Origin: an uncultured archaeon
GTDB lineage: Archaea; Asgardarchaeota; Lokiarchaeia; Sigyniarchaeales; SOKP01
DNA: 17,870 nucleotides
Reading direction: 5' to 3'
NCBI GenBank assembly: GCA_964525635.1
Contig: CAZGJX010000057.1
Coordinates: 1-17,870 of the forward strand
The notes under the pieces were generated by a model, which worked only from the letters and a program-made list of their open reading frames with translations, had not been told where the DNA came from and made no database searches. Below, one piece after another: positions 16,251-17,870 of the stretch (positions are counted from its first letter, which is position 1; each line of letters begins with the position of its first letter). Position numbers and translations under genes: made by a program.

Positions 16251-17600
16251 CTAATTTAGATTTTTATTTTTAAATGTATTTTTAGGAGCACCACATTTAC
16301 ATTTCCAATCAACAGGCAAATCTTTAAAGAGTAATTCCAATTTTGCTTCATCATAAATATTTCCACAATTCTGACATATCCATTCATATAAATTAATCGC
16401 CTTTCTCAACTCATAATCACTAATGTTCTTTTCTATATTTTTACTAACATAGGGGACTGCTTTTTTATCTCCAAAAAGTATTGCCCCTTTTAATTTATTA
16501 TCTTTGATAATTATTTTTTTATAACAATTACTTTTTTCATCTATGTTTTTTAGAATTTCCCATCCTGCTCCGATTAAATCTTTATCTTCGGGATCAAAAA
16601 GACCAATTGAAGTAAGATCAACACCTATTATTTTTAATGTATTTTTTGGTATAGTTCCTTTATATTCTAAAGTATCTTTACCTAAAACTGCATGAGATAC
16701 TATTTTTGATTGTTCTATACAAGCAGGAATAATACCCCAAGTTTGATTTTGATATTCAATACAATCCCCTACAGCATATATATCTCTTCGACTTGTTTCT
16801 AAAAATTGGTTAACTTTTATTCCATGATTTGTATTGATGTTTGCTTCTTTTGCTAAATTAATAGTTGATCTTATTCCAGCTTGAATTAAAATAATATCTG
16901 CTTCTACTTCGCGTCCATCCTTTATCTTAATTCCTTTAACTCTTTTATCTACATATATCTCTTCTGTAACAGCATCTAATTCTACATTAATTCCCATATT
17001 TTCAATTATATCTTTCAGCATCCCCCCACAATCTATATCTAATTGTCGAGGTAACAATCTAGGAAAAAATTCTACGACTGTAGTATCTAAATTGCAATTT
17101 TTAATTTGTTTCGCTAATTCTAATCCTAATAATCCACCTCCTATAATAACTGCTTTTTTTACATTGTTAGTCTTTATATAATCATGAATCTTTAAAGCAT
17201 CATCAATATTTCTTAGTGTAAATACACCATTATTTAACATTTCAAGAGCATTTTTTATAGGAAGTAGATTAGGCATACTACCCGTCGCAAGAATGAGTTT
17301 ATCATAAGAAACGGATTCATTTTCTCCTTCTACAAAAATAGTTTTATCATCAGGAAGGATTTTTTTTACTTTTTTATTGAGTTGTACTTCTATATTATTA
17401 TTTTTATACCAATCTTCTTTAAATACAATTAAATCATCAATTATTACTTTTTCACTAATAAGTTCAGGAAGTTTTATACGTGAATAATAAGGATAACCTT
17501 CTTTTGAATAAATTATAATTTCTACATCATGATCTAACTTTCTAATATTTTGAGCTGTTATAGTACCAGCAATACCATTTCCTACTATAATTATTCTCAT
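16251..17600 (-). CDS. FAD-dependent NAD(P)H oxidoreductase (NADH:rubredoxin oxidoreductase/NirB-N-like) with a C-terminal rubredoxin-like domain
   Basis: GNGIAG, LATGS, GGGLLGLE and YAVGD motifs; C-terminal WICQNCGNIYDE...LPVDWKCKCGAPKNTF. Confidence 0.9.
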   Translation of the reverse strand: MRIIIVGNGIAGTITAQNIRKLDHDVEIIIYSKEGYPYYSRIKLPELISEKVIIDDLIVFKEDWYKNNNIEVQLNKKVKKILPDDKTIFVEGENESVSYDKLILATGSMPNLLPIKNALEMLNNGVFTLRNIDDALKIHDYIKTNNVKKAVIIGGGLLGLELAKQIKNCNLDTTVVEFFPRLLPRQLDIDCGGMLKDIIENMGINVELDAVTEEIYVDKRVKGIKIKDGREVEADIILIQAGIRSTINLAKEANINTNHGIKVNQFLETSRRDIYAVGDCIEYQNQTWGIIPACIEQSKIVSHAVLGKDTLEYKGTIPKNTLKIIGVDLTSIGLFDPEDKDLIGAGWEILKNIDEKSNCYKKIIIKDNKLKGAILFGDKKAVPYVSKNIEKNISDYELRKAINLYEWICQNCGNIYDEAKLELLFKDLPVDWKCKCGAPKNTFKNKNLN

Positions 17601-17799
17601 ATTTCTATTAGATATCCAATGATATTTTAAGATTTTTATTATAAATACAAAAAATAACTACTATATAGAATTTAAGATTTTTGTTAAAATAATAAAAAGA
17701 GGAATAAGTTTTCTCTTTTCAAATGAACATGTTCGAGATAAAGAATATATTTTTTTTATAACAGTAAATAATTAAGAAAATACAAGAAGTTTTGTTATT

Positions 17800-17870
17800 A
17801 TGAGTATATCAGAAAGAGAAAAAAAGATTGAAAGAAAAATAATTGAAATTGATGAAGAATTATGTAACGG
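17800..17870 (+). CDS. Partial 4Fe-4S ferredoxin-domain protein (runs off the window)
   Basis: MSISEREKKIERKIIEIDEELCNG..., the typical lead-in to a CxxCxxC motif. Confidence 0.7.
   Translation, partial: MSISEREKKIERKIIEIDEELCN

Overview
Very AT-rich window with archaeal-style signals (AGGTGA/GGAGG ribosome-binding sites, oligo-T tracts after genes). Composition and gene families suggest an Asgard archaeon, probably Lokiarchaeia-like; this is inference. It encodes a corrinoid protein, a tusA-dsrE-iscS-iscU(fusion) sulfur/Fe-S operon, an orphan cheB, a CoA-disulfide reductase-rhodanese-TusA-rhodanese fusion, and an anaerobe oxygen-defence set (desulfoferrodoxin, ferritin-like protein, flavodiiron protein, rubredoxin, NAD(P)H:rubredoxin oxidoreductase-like protein). 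It also carries GmhB-like, methyltransferase, dockerin, DUF362 and membrane genes and a decayed PD-(D/E)XK nuclease. Top finding: the rubredoxin gene has a 29-nt frame-breaking insert (15944-15972, minus strand) that folds into a bulge-helix-bulge motif, and the predicted cut sites restore the canonical CPVCGVGKDMFE C-terminus exactly. It is therefore a candidate tRNA-endonuclease-type intron in an mRNA. Second finding: the IscS has Asp instead of the PLP-binding Lys and sits with persulfide carriers and an IscU fused to a degenerate thioredoxin-reductase domain. Several genes also carry single in-frame stops or ATA starts.
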